From assembly GCA_951406725.2 (NCBI GenBank), contig OX597831.1, positions 45,694,001-45,758,000 of the forward strand: 64,000 bases of DNA. The letters run 5' to 3'. Of this stretch, positions 13,924 to 27,040 are shown one piece after another. The position numbers and the translations under genes were made by a program. Source of the stretch: Octopus vulgaris. Taxonomy: Eukaryota. Below the pieces are notes generated by a model. That model saw nothing but the letters and a program-made list of their open reading frames with translations, was not told the DNA's origin and did not search any database. Each line of letters opens with the position of its first letter. The first letter of the stretch is position 1.

Positions 13924-15381
13924 GTTTCAAAGTTTGGCACTAGGCCAGCAAGTTTGGGTGAGAATGTAAGTCAACCAACCCACACCAAAGTTCAAGTGAT
14001 ACTCATTTTATCAACCCTAAAAGGACAGAAGGCAAAGTTGACCTCCAGGAAGTTTGAACTCAGAACATGAAGATAGGCGAAGTGCCACCAACCATTTCAC
14101 CTAGCATGCTAATGATTCTGCAAGCTTGCCACCTTACATTGCTTTAAATATCACATACATTACTGCATTGAAAACGATTTTCCTTTAATATATGCTAGTA
14201 AAATTGGGGTGTATTTAATGAGCCTAGGACATTTACACTCCTCCCACGGACAATAACTCCACCACCACCACCAAGGACAACAGATGATGATTTAAAACTT
14301 CTTAAATATTGGAGAGGGGGGGAGGTCATTAATCAAGGGAGGTAATTGTCATAGGGTGTAGTTGCCATCGAAGGAATTATCCTATGAGGGGTTATTGTCC
14401 TGATTCAGTATTTAATATGCCAGTGCGTCGTTTATGCCATCAAAAAACAGAATTTAAAAGAGTGATAAAACAACACTTCACAAACAAAAATAAACTTTGT
14501 AAACCTGAAAGAAAACATCTTTTAAATTCTGCAATACATCATTAACAACATCAAAAACACCTCCATGGAACTGACAGATTTAATAACTACTTCGTTTAAT
14601 TATTGCACATAACATTCATATAACAATAATTCAGGAAACAGCTTACTACCTGTATGTGGAACACTGTATACGCAATATTCAAATTAGATTTACAGACAGG
14701 GTAAGGAGGCTGTCTAATAACCTACTAAAATTTGATAAAAGGTTAAAGTCATGCATTCAGCACATAAAGTATCACAAATGACAAAATTTATATTTATGAC
14801 CTTCTTAAAATTTAAAGGCTTACAAACAAAACAGGATGCTTTCCTTTACAAACTTGGTACCAAGCAGGCAGCCGGGCAAAATTAAAGCTAAAAAAAGAGA
14901 GAAAGAAAACATACATACATACAAGCAGCTCGTGGCCTATGCCAGGGGCATAACCAGCCCACTTATGCGTACCTTTTCCTTCTTTGGGCACTAAACTCTG
15001 CTTGTGAAGACCTGTTGAGGCAAGTGAAATCAAAATCAAATTCGATGACTGGCATCCGTGCTAGCGGGGTGCAAAGGGCACCATACGAGTGTAATCATTG
15101 ACAGAGAGGCTAACCGGCTTCTGTGCCAGTGGCACATAAAAGGCACCGTTCGAGTGTAATTGTTACCAGCGTTCCCTTACTGGCACTTCTGCCCGTGCTA
15201 GTAGGGTGCTAAGAGCACCATCTGAGCGTGATTGTTGCCAGAGTGGCTAACTGGCTTCCGTGCCGGTGGCACGTAAAAGGCACCATTTGAGCATGATCGT
15301 TACAGGCACAAGAGTTCCGGGTTCAGTCCCACTGCATGGCACCTTGGGTTGAAACTGAAAGAAGCCTGTCGTATATATATG

Positions 15382-15413
<32 letters not shown>

Positions 15414-15451
15414 TGTATGTATGTATGTACGCATGTATGTATGTATATATG

Positions 15452-15483
<32 letters not shown>

Positions 15484-16104
15484 GGTGTGTCTGTGTTTGT
15501 CCCCCCAACATTGCTTGACAACCGATGCTGGTGCCTTTACGTCCCCATAACTTAGTGGCCCAGCAAAAGAGACCAATAGAATAAGTACTAGGTTTATAAA
15601 GAATAAGTCCTGGGGTCGATTTGCTTGACTAAAGGCGGTGCCCCAGCATGGCCGCAGTCAAATGACTGAAACAAGTAAAAGAATAAAAGAATGTATGTAT
15701 GTATGTATGTATGTATGTATGTATGTATGTATGTATGTATGTATCTATCTATCTATCTATCTACCTATCTATCTATCTATCTATAAATGAATGCATGTAT
15801 ATATGTACGAAGGTGCATAGACTAGTGGTTAGCATGTTACACTCACAATCACTAGATCATGAGTTCAATTCCAAGACCAGGAAGTGTGCTGTGTTCTTGA
15901 GAAAAACACTTCACTTTACATTGTTCCAGTACAGTCAGCTGTAAATGGATAAACCTGTGACACAATAGCCTTCCAAGCTGGAGGGAATGTTGGCCTGCTC
16001 ACCTAAGCCAACAAGGTGGCATCAGTTGAAAGCTAAAATGATGCAAAGTACATTGTGAACAGTGATATACAACAACATCCAATAATCTAGCCAATATCAT
16101 GTTT

Positions 16105-16159
<55 letters not shown>

Positions 16160-16334
16160 TCATATTAAAAAAGCTTTTTCAAAAAATTTTATCCTGATAT
16201 TTGAAGTATATATATATATAATGTCAATAATAATAAGGGTAAAATTAATTAATTAATTAGTAATTAATAATTTTACCAAGCATTGTTCAGTATGTAAAAG
16301 GACCATTTACGGTAAATTTAATATATATATATAT

Positions 16335-16525
16335 TCTTTCTGTGTTTCTTCTCTGTGTATCTTTCTGTTGAAGAGCGTAGGCTCGAAACGTAAAAGACTT
16401 GTTTTATTTATATTCCTGAGCGCCATACTAATACAATTGTTTGTTTGTATTCCACCTGCCTTCGTCTTTTGTTTATTTCTGTAAACCTACCTTCATCTTT
16501 TGTTTATTTTCATAAAGCTTCCCGT
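16335..16525 (+). mobile_element. (AT)n-embedded Penelope-like pseudo-LTR fragment with hammerhead-like motif
   Basis: Homologous to 26866-27040 (minus). Contains TCTTT-CTGTTGAA-GAGCgtagGCTC-GAAA-CG-TA-AAAGA. Confidence 0.6.
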
Positions 16526-16995
16526 TATATATATATATATATATATATACCTCTTTGGGTATGACTGACCATAGGGTATGACTGACCACTGGAGATGTCT
16601 TCTCCAAGGCACTAATCTAAGCAAGGGGTTTCTGCGGATGACCAGCAGTTGCCCATGCATGTATATCCCCTAGTCCTAGGCTATCAATATGATCTACACT
16701 ATTTTGTAAATGTTTAACTATGCTATCTGTTAGAGATAAGTAAAATGAATGTTCTGATGATATCTATATGCCCTCAGCTCTAATCTTGTGTCCAACCAAT
16801 CAAAAACTGTCTTGTCTTAATGGCATGTCAGTGTTAGAGAGTTTTTGATTCTTGAGATTATCTTTCCTTCTCATTTGGAGTTGTTCCCAATTACCATAAA
16901 AAAATAGGTCTACCTTCTCTGAAAATCGAGATAATTTCAATTAATCAAAAATGTAACTTGTATGTTTTTTTAATATCCCTTATTTGACCTTGTTA

Positions 16996-17405
16996 CTCTT
17001 TTACTTGTTTCAGTCATTTGACTGTGGTCATGTTTGAGCAGCGCCTTTAGTCGAGCAAATCGACCCTAGGACTTATTCTTTGTAAGCCTAGTACTTATTC
17101 TATCGGTCTCTTTGGTTGAACTGCTAAGTTACGGGGATGTAAACACAACAGCTTCGGTTGTCAAGCGATGTTGGGGGGGGGGGGGGGCAAACCACAGACA
17201 CACAAACATACACACACACACACACATATACACACACATATATACGACGGGCTTCTTTCAGTTTCCGTCTACCAAATCCACTCACAAGGCTTTGGTCAGC
17301 CTGAGGCTATAGTAGAAGACACTTGCCCAAGGTGCCACACAGTGGGACTGAACCCGGAACCATGTGGTTGGTAAGCAAGCAAGTTACCACACAGCCACTC
17401 CTATG
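16996..17405 (-). mobile_element. SINE family A, full length
   Basis: Matches the family A consensus seen in the window. Confidence 0.85.
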
Positions 17406-18038
17406 CCTTGTTGTTTAAGTACTGGCTACAAGTCAATGCAGAATAATTTTTTACACACACACACATCTGTGTGTTTGTATGACATGTTTTACACATGTAA
17501 GAATGTGTGTGTGTGTATGCGCACAAGTGTATGTGTATACTCTTGTCTAGATATCATGTGATGGTTGCAAAGAAGAACCATCATCATACAAGTGAGATTG
17601 CTTGCTTCAAGTCTTCTGTGAAAATTATGCTTAGCTATGGGGAAATATTACCTGTCTTGGAAATAGGTGAGGGTTGGTGTCAGTATAACCATCCAGCTAC
17701 AGACAATCTGTGTCAACGAATTCTGTCTGATTCATGCAAGCATGGAAAGATAGATGTTAAATAATGATGGTGATAATGATGATGATCATGCATACATGCA
17801 TACATATATATATATATTTTGCACATTACTTAATTATCATTATATGTTTTATCTTATATTTAATCTTTCTATAATATGTAATTTTTCTAAATGGTATAAA
17901 TTAATTTTTCATTATTGAATTGATAAAAGGTGTTTTTTTCCTAATTTATATATATATATATATATTATATTTTGTGAAATTTGATTTAATATTTCTAAAT
18001 TGAATTTTTCCCTGTAAGTTTGGAATAATATTCCCTAA

Positions 18039-18081
<43 letters not shown>

Positions 18082-18084
18082 TAT

Positions 18085-18618
18085 ATGAGGCAAGCGAAGT
18101 CGATATCGAACCTCATCCGACGACAGGCACCTATGGCAACCCCCTTTGCTTGCGAAGACCTGTTGGGGCAAGTGAAATCGAAATCGAAATTGAACCAATC
18201 CTATGACTAGCACCTGGCAGATGCCAGGGTCCTGGGACTGGAGGTACGTAAAAAGCACTATCCAAATTGTGGCCGATGCCAGCGCCGCCTCGACTGGCTT
18301 CCGTGTCGGTGGCACGTAAAAAGCAGCATCCGAATCGTAGCCGAAGCCAGTGTCACCTCAACTGGCTTCCATAAAATGCACCAATCCGACCATGGCCGAT
18401 GCCAGCCTCGCCTGGCACCAGTGCAGGTGGCACGTAAAAAGCACCCACTACACTCACGGAGTGGTTGGCGTTAGGAAGGGCATCCAGCTGTAGAAACATT
18501 GCCAGATAAGACCGGAGCCTGGTGCAGCCTTCTGGCTTCCCAGATCCCCGGTCGAACCGTCCAACCCATGCTAGCATGGAGAACGGACGTTAAACGATGA
18601 TGATGAGGATGATGATGA
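18085..18618 (+). mobile_element. RTE 3' UTR fragment with (GAT)n tail
   Basis: Homologous to 9630-10078. Confidence 0.8.
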
Positions 18619-18632
18619 TATATGTATACATA

Positions 18633-18685
<53 letters not shown>

Positions 18686-18812
18686 GGCCTTTATCATTTA
18701 TTTTAGATAATCTGACCAGCAATCTTCTAAATTCCATACCAAAGCCTATTTTTCTTTGACATTTGATCTAATTGTTTAACTACTGCTTCTGCTTTAATAA
18801 TTTGCAGAAAGA

Positions 18813-19250
18813 CAGTGAACTGGCAGAAACGTTAGCATGCTGGGCGAAATGCTTAGCAGTATGTCGTCTGTCTTTATGTTCTGAGTTTAAATTCTACAGA
18901 GGTCGACTTTGCCTTTCATCCTTTCAGAGTTGATAAATTAAGTACCAGTTGTGTACTGGGTTCGATCTAATTGAGTGGCTCCCTTCCCAAAAATTTCGAG
19001 CCTTGTGCCTAGAGTAGAAAAGATTATTATTAAAGGCGGTAAGCTGGCAGAAACGTTAGCACGCCGGGCAAAATGCTTAGCGGTATTTCGTCTGTCACTA
19101 CATTCTGAGTTCAAATTCCACTAAGGTCGACTTTGCCTTTCATCCATTTGGGGTCAATAAATTAAGTACCAGTTGTGTACTGGAGTCAATCTGATCTACA
19201 GGACCCCCCCTCCCCCGAAATTTCGGGTCTTGTGCCTAGAGTAAAAAAGA
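18813..19250 (+). mobile_element. Two tandem SINE family B copies
   Basis: Two head-to-tail copies with A/B boxes and the central domain. Confidence 0.8.
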
Positions 19251-19841
19251 AAACAATTTGCAGAGACAAAAGTGCATATAATTTTCGACTTACCATCGAT
19301 ATATATCTTTTTTAATATATGTTTCTACTTTTTCTTGCTTGCATATTTTTGCAGGATATTGAAACAAGAGGCACTGCTTGCATAACAGTGACACTCTTTT
19401 ACAACTACTGTGTGATGCCCAAGACAAGGAGACAGTAACATACACACACACCTACACACATACATGTATACATACATACATACATACATACATACATACA
19501 TACATACATACATACATACATACATACAGAGATATATATATGTGTGTATATATGTGAAATCTCGAGGTATAGAATTATCCAATTTTTTTTTGTATTTTCT
19601 TCCTCATTCCCTCACATTGTTACCTGTGGTTGAATATAGAGAACAAATTGTGGAGTGGATTGTAGATATTTGACACCTATTTCTAGCATTGGCAATGGTC
19701 ATCTCCAGTAGGCCTTAACTATAATTATATACATAAAAAAATTAATGTTATCTATAGAGTCATTTTTAAGTGCTAGGCCACTGATATAATCATTTTATAA
19801 TTATATCTTTGTCTTGTATATATATATATATATATATATAA

Positions 19842-20233
19842 GGCGCAGGAGTGGCTGTGTGCTAAGTAGCTTGCTTACCAACCACATGGTTCCGGGTTCA
19901 GCCCCACTGCGTGGCACCTTGGGCAAGTGTCTTCTACTATAGCCTCGGGCTGACCAAAGCCTTGTGAGTGGATTTGGTAGACGGAAACTGAAAGAAGCCC
20001 GTCACATATATGTGTGTGTGTGTGTGTGTGTATTTGTGTGTCTGTGTTTGTACCCCCAACATCGCTTGACAACCGATGCTGGTGTGTTTACATTCCCGGA
20101 ACTTAGCAGTTCGGTAAAAGAGACTGATAGAATAAGTACTAGGCTTACAAAGAATAAGTCCTGGGGTCGATTTGCTCGACTAAAGGCGATGCTCCAGCAT
20201 GGCCACAGTCAAATGACTGAAACGAGTAAAAGA

Positions 20234-20234
<1 letters not shown>
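19842..20234 (+). mobile_element. SINE family A, full length, inserted in (TA)n
   Basis: Complete head to GTAAAAGAG tail. Confidence 0.88.
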
Positions 20235-20277
<43 letters not shown>

Positions 20278-20618
20278 GTATACACACACACACATACACA
20301 CACATGCATACACACACATGCACATATATATCATAATTATATCTATAAATAGCTGCATAGTGTTGACCAAGTTCTTAGCACAGCAGATGGACAACCTTAC
20401 AAGCTTCTTCTGGTTGTCTGCACACTAAGTCCAAATCTTGCCAAGATCACACTCTGCATTTTAATTCCTTAGGCAAGGGCGTAGCTGCATAGTAAGACAT
20501 TTACAGTGCTGTGGCTGGTTCAGTCCTACTGTGAGCAACTGTCTTTTACCATAGCCCTGGGCCCCAGACTGATTTAGTGGACAGAAACTGAAGCCCATTG
20601 TATATGTGCATATGTGTG

Positions 20619-20652
<34 letters not shown>

Positions 20653-20855
20653 GTTCCCCACCCGTCCACCCACCACAAGCAGTGCTGGTTTGTTTATGGC
20701 TCTGTAGGTTAGCAGTTTAGCGTAAAAGAGACCAATAGAATAAGTACCAGGGCTAGAATACATAACTACTGAGTCAGTTTTGTCAACAGGAGATTTCAGG
20801 GCAGGGCCCCATGATTGCCGATGTTGAAACGCTGAAAGAAGTAGAAGATAAAAGA

Positions 20856-20891
<36 letters not shown>

Positions 20892-20920
20892 CATATATAT
20901 GTATGTATGTGTGTGTGTGT

Positions 20921-21022
20921 GATCAAGAACATAAAATAGATGAAATGCATACAGCTCTGATGGAAGCTTCGATGGAAGGTCATGTCGAAGTAGCTAAACT
21001 ACTTTTGGATAGTGGGGCTCAG
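20921..21022 (+). pseudogene. ANKHD1: Orphan 5'-truncated exon fragment of Mask/ANKHD1/ANKRD17 (ankyrin repeat)
   Basis: Translates DQEHKIDEMHTALMEASMEGHVEVAKLLLDSGAQ, near-identical to Mask-family DQEHKTDEMHTALMEA(C/S)MDGHVEVARLLLDSGAQ. Followed by donor gtaaac. No acceptor; it is fused to a (TG)n tract. Confidence 0.85.
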
Positions 21023-21519
21023 GTAAACAACTTTATGGACAATTATTTTACCTGTATAGTGTTGTTTCTGCATAGTGTTTTTAATTCAGAGTTTAATTCC
21101 TGGTGAGTATGACTTTCTGATAATATCAATATTATTAACATTGAATCAAGTACATTAAGACCTATTGAGTCAAGTAAATCAGCATAAAAATAAATATCAA
21201 ATGGAAATTGTAGTTGTGATACCTGTTCTGTTGGCACATAAAAAGCACCATCCAAACATAGCCAATGCCAGCATTGCCTTGACTGGCTTCTGTGCCGGTG
21301 GCAGGTAAAAAGCACCCACTACACTCACTGAGTGGTTGGCACTAGGAAGAGCATCCAGCTGTAGAAACACTGCCAGATCAGACTGAGCCTGGTGCAGTCT
21401 CCTGGCTTCCCTGACCCCGGTTGAACCGTCCAACCTATGCTAGCACGGAAAACTGATGCTAAACGATGATGATGATGATGATGATGATGACGACTGGATA
21501 TAATTTTCAACCTTATATA

Positions 21520-21925
<406 letters not shown>

Positions 21926-22183
21926 ATCTATATACAGACATTCACACGCACAAACATGTATGTCCGCATTCTATTTTCTTTCTGCAGTGGAGTTTTTCAA
22001 CTCAGCCAGAGTTAACTCCCCTCATTTAGTTGGCCTTTGTTTTTTCTGTTAGTTCGTTCAGCCATGATTGTGTGTAAGTTCAACCCGTCGCTCACTGTAC
22101 AAATATTTTCATTCCTTCTCACCAAAATCGACGATATGCATACATATTTATCTCCGAGGATTGGGGAGTTGATTTATTGTGGT

Positions 22184-22304
<121 letters not shown>

Positions 22305-22414
22305 GCATACACATGCACATATACATACAAATACACACATACATACACATAGATATATACAAATGCATATACACAAACACCTCAAAAGTAAATAGACGTG
22401 TTGCCTTTAACGTG

Positions 22415-22447
<33 letters not shown>

Positions 22448-22452
22448 GTATT

Positions 22453-22554
<102 letters not shown>

Positions 22555-23104
22555 AATATATATATAAGGGTGTCTATATAAGGGTGTCTATTTACTTTGG
22601 AGATGTCTATGTGTGTGTATAAACACACACACATGTATATAAATGTAGGAATGAGCTAGTTAGACAGATGAATATATAAAGTTTTACTATATTAATACAT
22701 GAGATACCTGTATTAATAGAATAAAACTTTATATATTGATCTGTCTAACTTGTTTATCTCTACATTTACACCCACTCAAGTTTAATTCTCTGAAGCACTA
22801 TTAAGTGTATTCTATATAGAGAATATCTTATAATCTATGAACTATACACACACACACACACACATATATATATACACATAGATATATTATATGGAATGCA
22901 CACATACATGAAAACATAGTACATATATATTATATATATATATATAAATCAAAGTGTACAGCATTATATATTCATTACGGCTAACCTTACCAATCAACAC
23001 TAAGGGTTTAATGAGGTGTTAGATAATACTATACACTTTGGCTAATATACCCACTCTATTGACAAATATACATGTACATATTTTTTCTGATTTATGGTTT
23101 CTTA

Positions 23105-23141
<37 letters not shown>

Positions 23142-23249
23142 CGTGACCGACCAGGCTATCAAATGTTGCTACACATCGCTGGTCACAATGCGCTTTGCAT
23201 TATTTTAGCCTTCAAATGATGCCACCCTGCTGGCTAAGCAAGCAGGCCA

Positions 23250-23316
<67 letters not shown>

Positions 23317-25423
23317 GGAAAATGTGTTGCTGAAAATGCACTTAAATTTCAAAAACTCGTGAATGTTTAAAATACATTTTATTTACATATGTACCAAACT
23401 AGTTTCAACAATATTTTTTGTTTATCAATGGTAAAAGTGTAAAAACATTGTTATAAATTTCAATGTGGACAAATTAAAATTATATACATATATATATATG
23501 TATGTATGTATATATATTTAAAAAGAGGATAAAAATCTTCATAAGAATTTATCAAGTAGTCAGCGTGAAAAACCTCATAAGGGAAAAAAAATTTTAATTA
23601 TTCCCTTTAAATATAGTTATTTATATTAAGGGCATTACTATACATAAATGCCTCATTCTATGAGGGGCTCTTAAAGTCATAAAGTGTACCGAACATGAGG
23701 GAATACAACTCTCGAAGCGAGACAGTTGTATTCCCTCATGTTCGGTACACTGTATTTATTATGGTAGCTTTGACTTTAAGAGTCCCTCATAGCATGAGGC
23801 ATTTATGTATAGTAATGCCCTTAATATAAATATATATATCTATATATTTGTGTGTGTGTGTGTGTGTGTGTGTATTAGGGGTACTATAATGTCATATTTT
23901 CAAGTAAAGACTCTGACATCACACCACAAATAGCTCACAAGCCAGTAAAAAGTGTCCTTGCAATTAACTAATCAGCATAGAATTAATGACCAAAACTTAA
24001 ATGTAGACATAGTCTGTGTATGTATTATGCTCCATCTGGTGGATCATAGAAGAAAAAGACTTTAGTGACCTGCATATTCAACATTGTAAGCTTTACAAAT
24101 TTCATGAGAGCAACAAAGCAACATGTACAATGGAAAACACAAGGTGTGAGTGCTCAGAAATGCCAAAGGTGGTTTAATAAATTCAAAAATGGTGATTTCA
24201 ATCTTTTGGATGGGTATCAATCAGGCGAACCAACTTTTTTCAATATTGACACAATGAAAATAACAGTTGAAGAGAATTTATATCAAAGTATTGGGGACTT
24301 ATCACAGAGGTTTAGAAAAACCTTGGTCCACTGTGTAAGACCATTTCAAGTAGATGGAGATAGAGAAGTGAAGTGGGTACCACATGAGCTGTCCCATGTG
24401 AATAAAGAAATGCATTCAACAATTTGTGACAAGTTATATACCAGGAATGAACAAACACTTTTACTTAATCAAATTGTGAAAAGGGATGATAAATGGATAG
24501 CCTATGCCAACAATAAGCACAAGAAGCTATGGCTACTGCCAAATGAAAATCCAGTTCCAACACCCAAACCAGATCTACACCCAGAGAAGATTTTAGTGAG
24601 CATCACCACAGAAAAGGGAAAAGCATTACCACAGAATTTTATTGTCTAAACTTGAATAGGTGTAGCTGTACAGTAAGAAGCTTGCTTGCCATCCACATGG
24701 ATCCAGGTTCAGTCCCACTGCATAACACCTTGGGAAAGTGTCTTCAATTATAGCCTCGGGCCAACCAAAGCCTTGTAAGTGGATTTGGCAGATGGAAACT
24801 GAAAGAAACCCACCGCGTGTGTGTGTGTGCATGCACGCGTGCGCATGTATGCATATGTGTGAATGTGTGTGCCTTTGTATTTGTCCCCACCACTGCTTGA
24901 CAACAGGTGTTGGTGTGTTTACATCCCCATAACTTAGCAGCTCAGCAAAAGAGACTGACAGAATAAGTATCAGGCTTAAAAGAAAATAAGATTAGTGCTG
25001 GGGTTGACTCATTCAACTAAAAACCTTTCAAGGCATTGCTCCAGCATGGCCACACTCTAACAACTGAAATAATTAAAAACATAAAAGATATCAATCAAGC
25101 TTTGCTAAAAAAAAAAAAACAATCAGTTCTTGTCAATAGAAAAGGACTAACCCTGTAACGTGATAATGCAAGGCCACATCCAGTAAAAATAACCCATGGA
25201 AAGATAAAGTCATTTGGCTGTGATGCTGATGCCTCTAGAACAGCGTTTCTCAATCAGGATTCCCCAGAACCCTAGGGTTCTGCAATAGGTTTGTTGGGAG
25301 TCCGCGAGAAAAAGCAAGATAAACTAATGCTAATTTCATGATCATAATATTACTGTACATGCACAACATATTATTGGTTATTGCAATATAGACATCATCC
25401 TATCTAACCCTATTATATAACGA

Positions 25424-25463
<40 letters not shown>

Positions 25464-25632
25464 ATGTATATATGTATATATCTCAGAGTGGTTGGCGTTA
25501 GGAAGGGCATCCAGCTGTAGAAACTCTGCCAGATCAGATTGGAGTCGAGTGCAGCCATCTGCTTCACCAGACCTAAGTCAACCCATGCTAGCATGGAAAG
25601 CGGACATTAAACAATAATGATGATGATGATGA

Positions 25633-25670
<38 letters not shown>

Positions 25671-25747
25671 AATTAGGGAATATCAATAAATATAACTACT
25701 TCTTATATATATAAGGAGTAGTTATATTTATAAATGTGGGAAAAGTA

Positions 25748-25843
25748 GACCTGACGATTGGGAGTGCATAAACATAATGAATTTTTGAATGAGACTTTGT
25801 GTCTTGACAATACCATATGTACCCTCATGAAACACGTGTAGTC
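25748..25843 (+). ncRNA. Putative type I hammerhead ribozyme (long stem II)
   Basis: GAC-CTGACGA-[TTGGGAGTGCATA..TATGTACCCTCAT stem II]-GAAA-CACGTG-TA-GTC, with predicted cleavage after A25840. Confidence 0.6.
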
Positions 25844-26140
25844 CGTAATATGGAAAATTTGGGGATTATGAATATAAATAGTAAGTATAATATTTAATAT
25901 TTTATGGCTTGGTTGAGTTAATACCATTCGGTGTTGATGAAGTTGTGGGTGTTTCTATCTCTAACACTATTTTGATATAAATATATATATATATATACTA
26001 CATATAGAGAGAGGGAGCTTTGCTCAAAACGTAAAACTACCTTTCTTTCCTTCCCTGAGCTTAAGCTACTACTTCGCATGAACCACATCCTTGCATTGTA
26101 GTGTTTTTCCTTCTGTTTGTTCTTCATTTTTAGGGATTTA

Positions 26141-26186
<46 letters not shown>

Positions 26187-26488
26187 GCATATATGGGTGT
26201 AGGATGTCACCAATGGTGTAGATAACATGAAATACATAAACAACAAGAGAAAATAAATGGAAAACAGGACAAGTAAATGCATCATCAGTTGTTGGCTGTC
26301 TATCTACTCCTTATTTCAAGTATTCAATGACAATATGAGTCTTCAAAGACAGTTGCTCCCATCAATTCTAAAATAAAATGTAGGATTTATGGAGGATCAA
26401 AGTTTGGAACAAAAAAATGATAGTGGAGACATACAAGGAAACCAAACAAAAACAAACATGGAGGGTCATTATATATATACATACATAC

Positions 26489-26550
<62 letters not shown>

Positions 26551-26707
26551 TTTATAGAAGGAGCTTCTACAGGACTAGAACTGTTTCATTCAAAAGAAAT
26601 CATCAGGAAGCTAGGTGACAAGAATAGTTTTGGCATTTATACACTTAGGCATTTATACACTTTAAACCTGCCTAAGTGTATAAATGCCAAAACTATTCTT
26701 GTCACCT

Positions 26708-26758
26708 AGCTTCCTGATGATTTCTTTTGAATGAAACAGTTCTAGTCCTGTAGAAGCT
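26708..26758 (+). ncRNA. Putative type I hammerhead ribozyme (inverted twin at 26562-26612 on minus strand)
   Basis: AGCTTC-CTGATGA-TTTCttttGAAT-GAAA-CAG(ttctagtc)CTG-TA-GAAGCT. Stem I is 6 bp, GUA triplet, predicted cleavage after A26752. Confidence 0.7.
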
Positions 26759-26865
26759 CCTTCTATAAAATAAATTAATTTACTCTGCTATGTATTGAGT
26801 ACCTTATTTACTGTGGTTAACCCCGACTCAACCCGGGACCTACATATATATATATATATATATAT

Positions 26866-27040
26866 AAAGGGAAAGTTTACGAAAATAAACAAAAGACGAA
26901 GGCAGGTGGAGTACAAACAAACAAATGTATTAGTATAGCGCTCAGGAATAGAAAAAGTCTTTTACGTTTCAAGCCTACGCTCTTCGACAGAAAGATACAC
27001 AGAAAAAAACAAGGAGAGAAAAAAATGCGTGTAGTAGCTA
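26866..27040 (-). mobile_element. Second copy of the 16335-16525 Penelope-like fragment
   Basis: Reverse complement matches 16335-16525, including the motif at 26958-26995. Confidence 0.65.

Noticed and set aside
14440-14520. Minus-strand acceptor-like TTTTCTTTCAG at ~14505 as a terminal MYCBPAP exon
   Set aside because: The downstream frames give short hydrophobic peptides with no MYCBPAP similarity.
22120-22150. [10 protein letters not shown] resembling the Mask fragment KIDEMHTAL
   Set aside because: Similarity is limited to about 20 nt with no flanking ankyrin consensus, so it is likely chance.
26041-26142. Apparent minus-strand exon SKSLKMKNKQKEKHYNARMWFMRSSSLSSGKERK
   Set aside because: The acceptor is an (AT)n tract, its phase is incompatible with the 31241 donor, and it lies inside the TSD-bounded hAT element.
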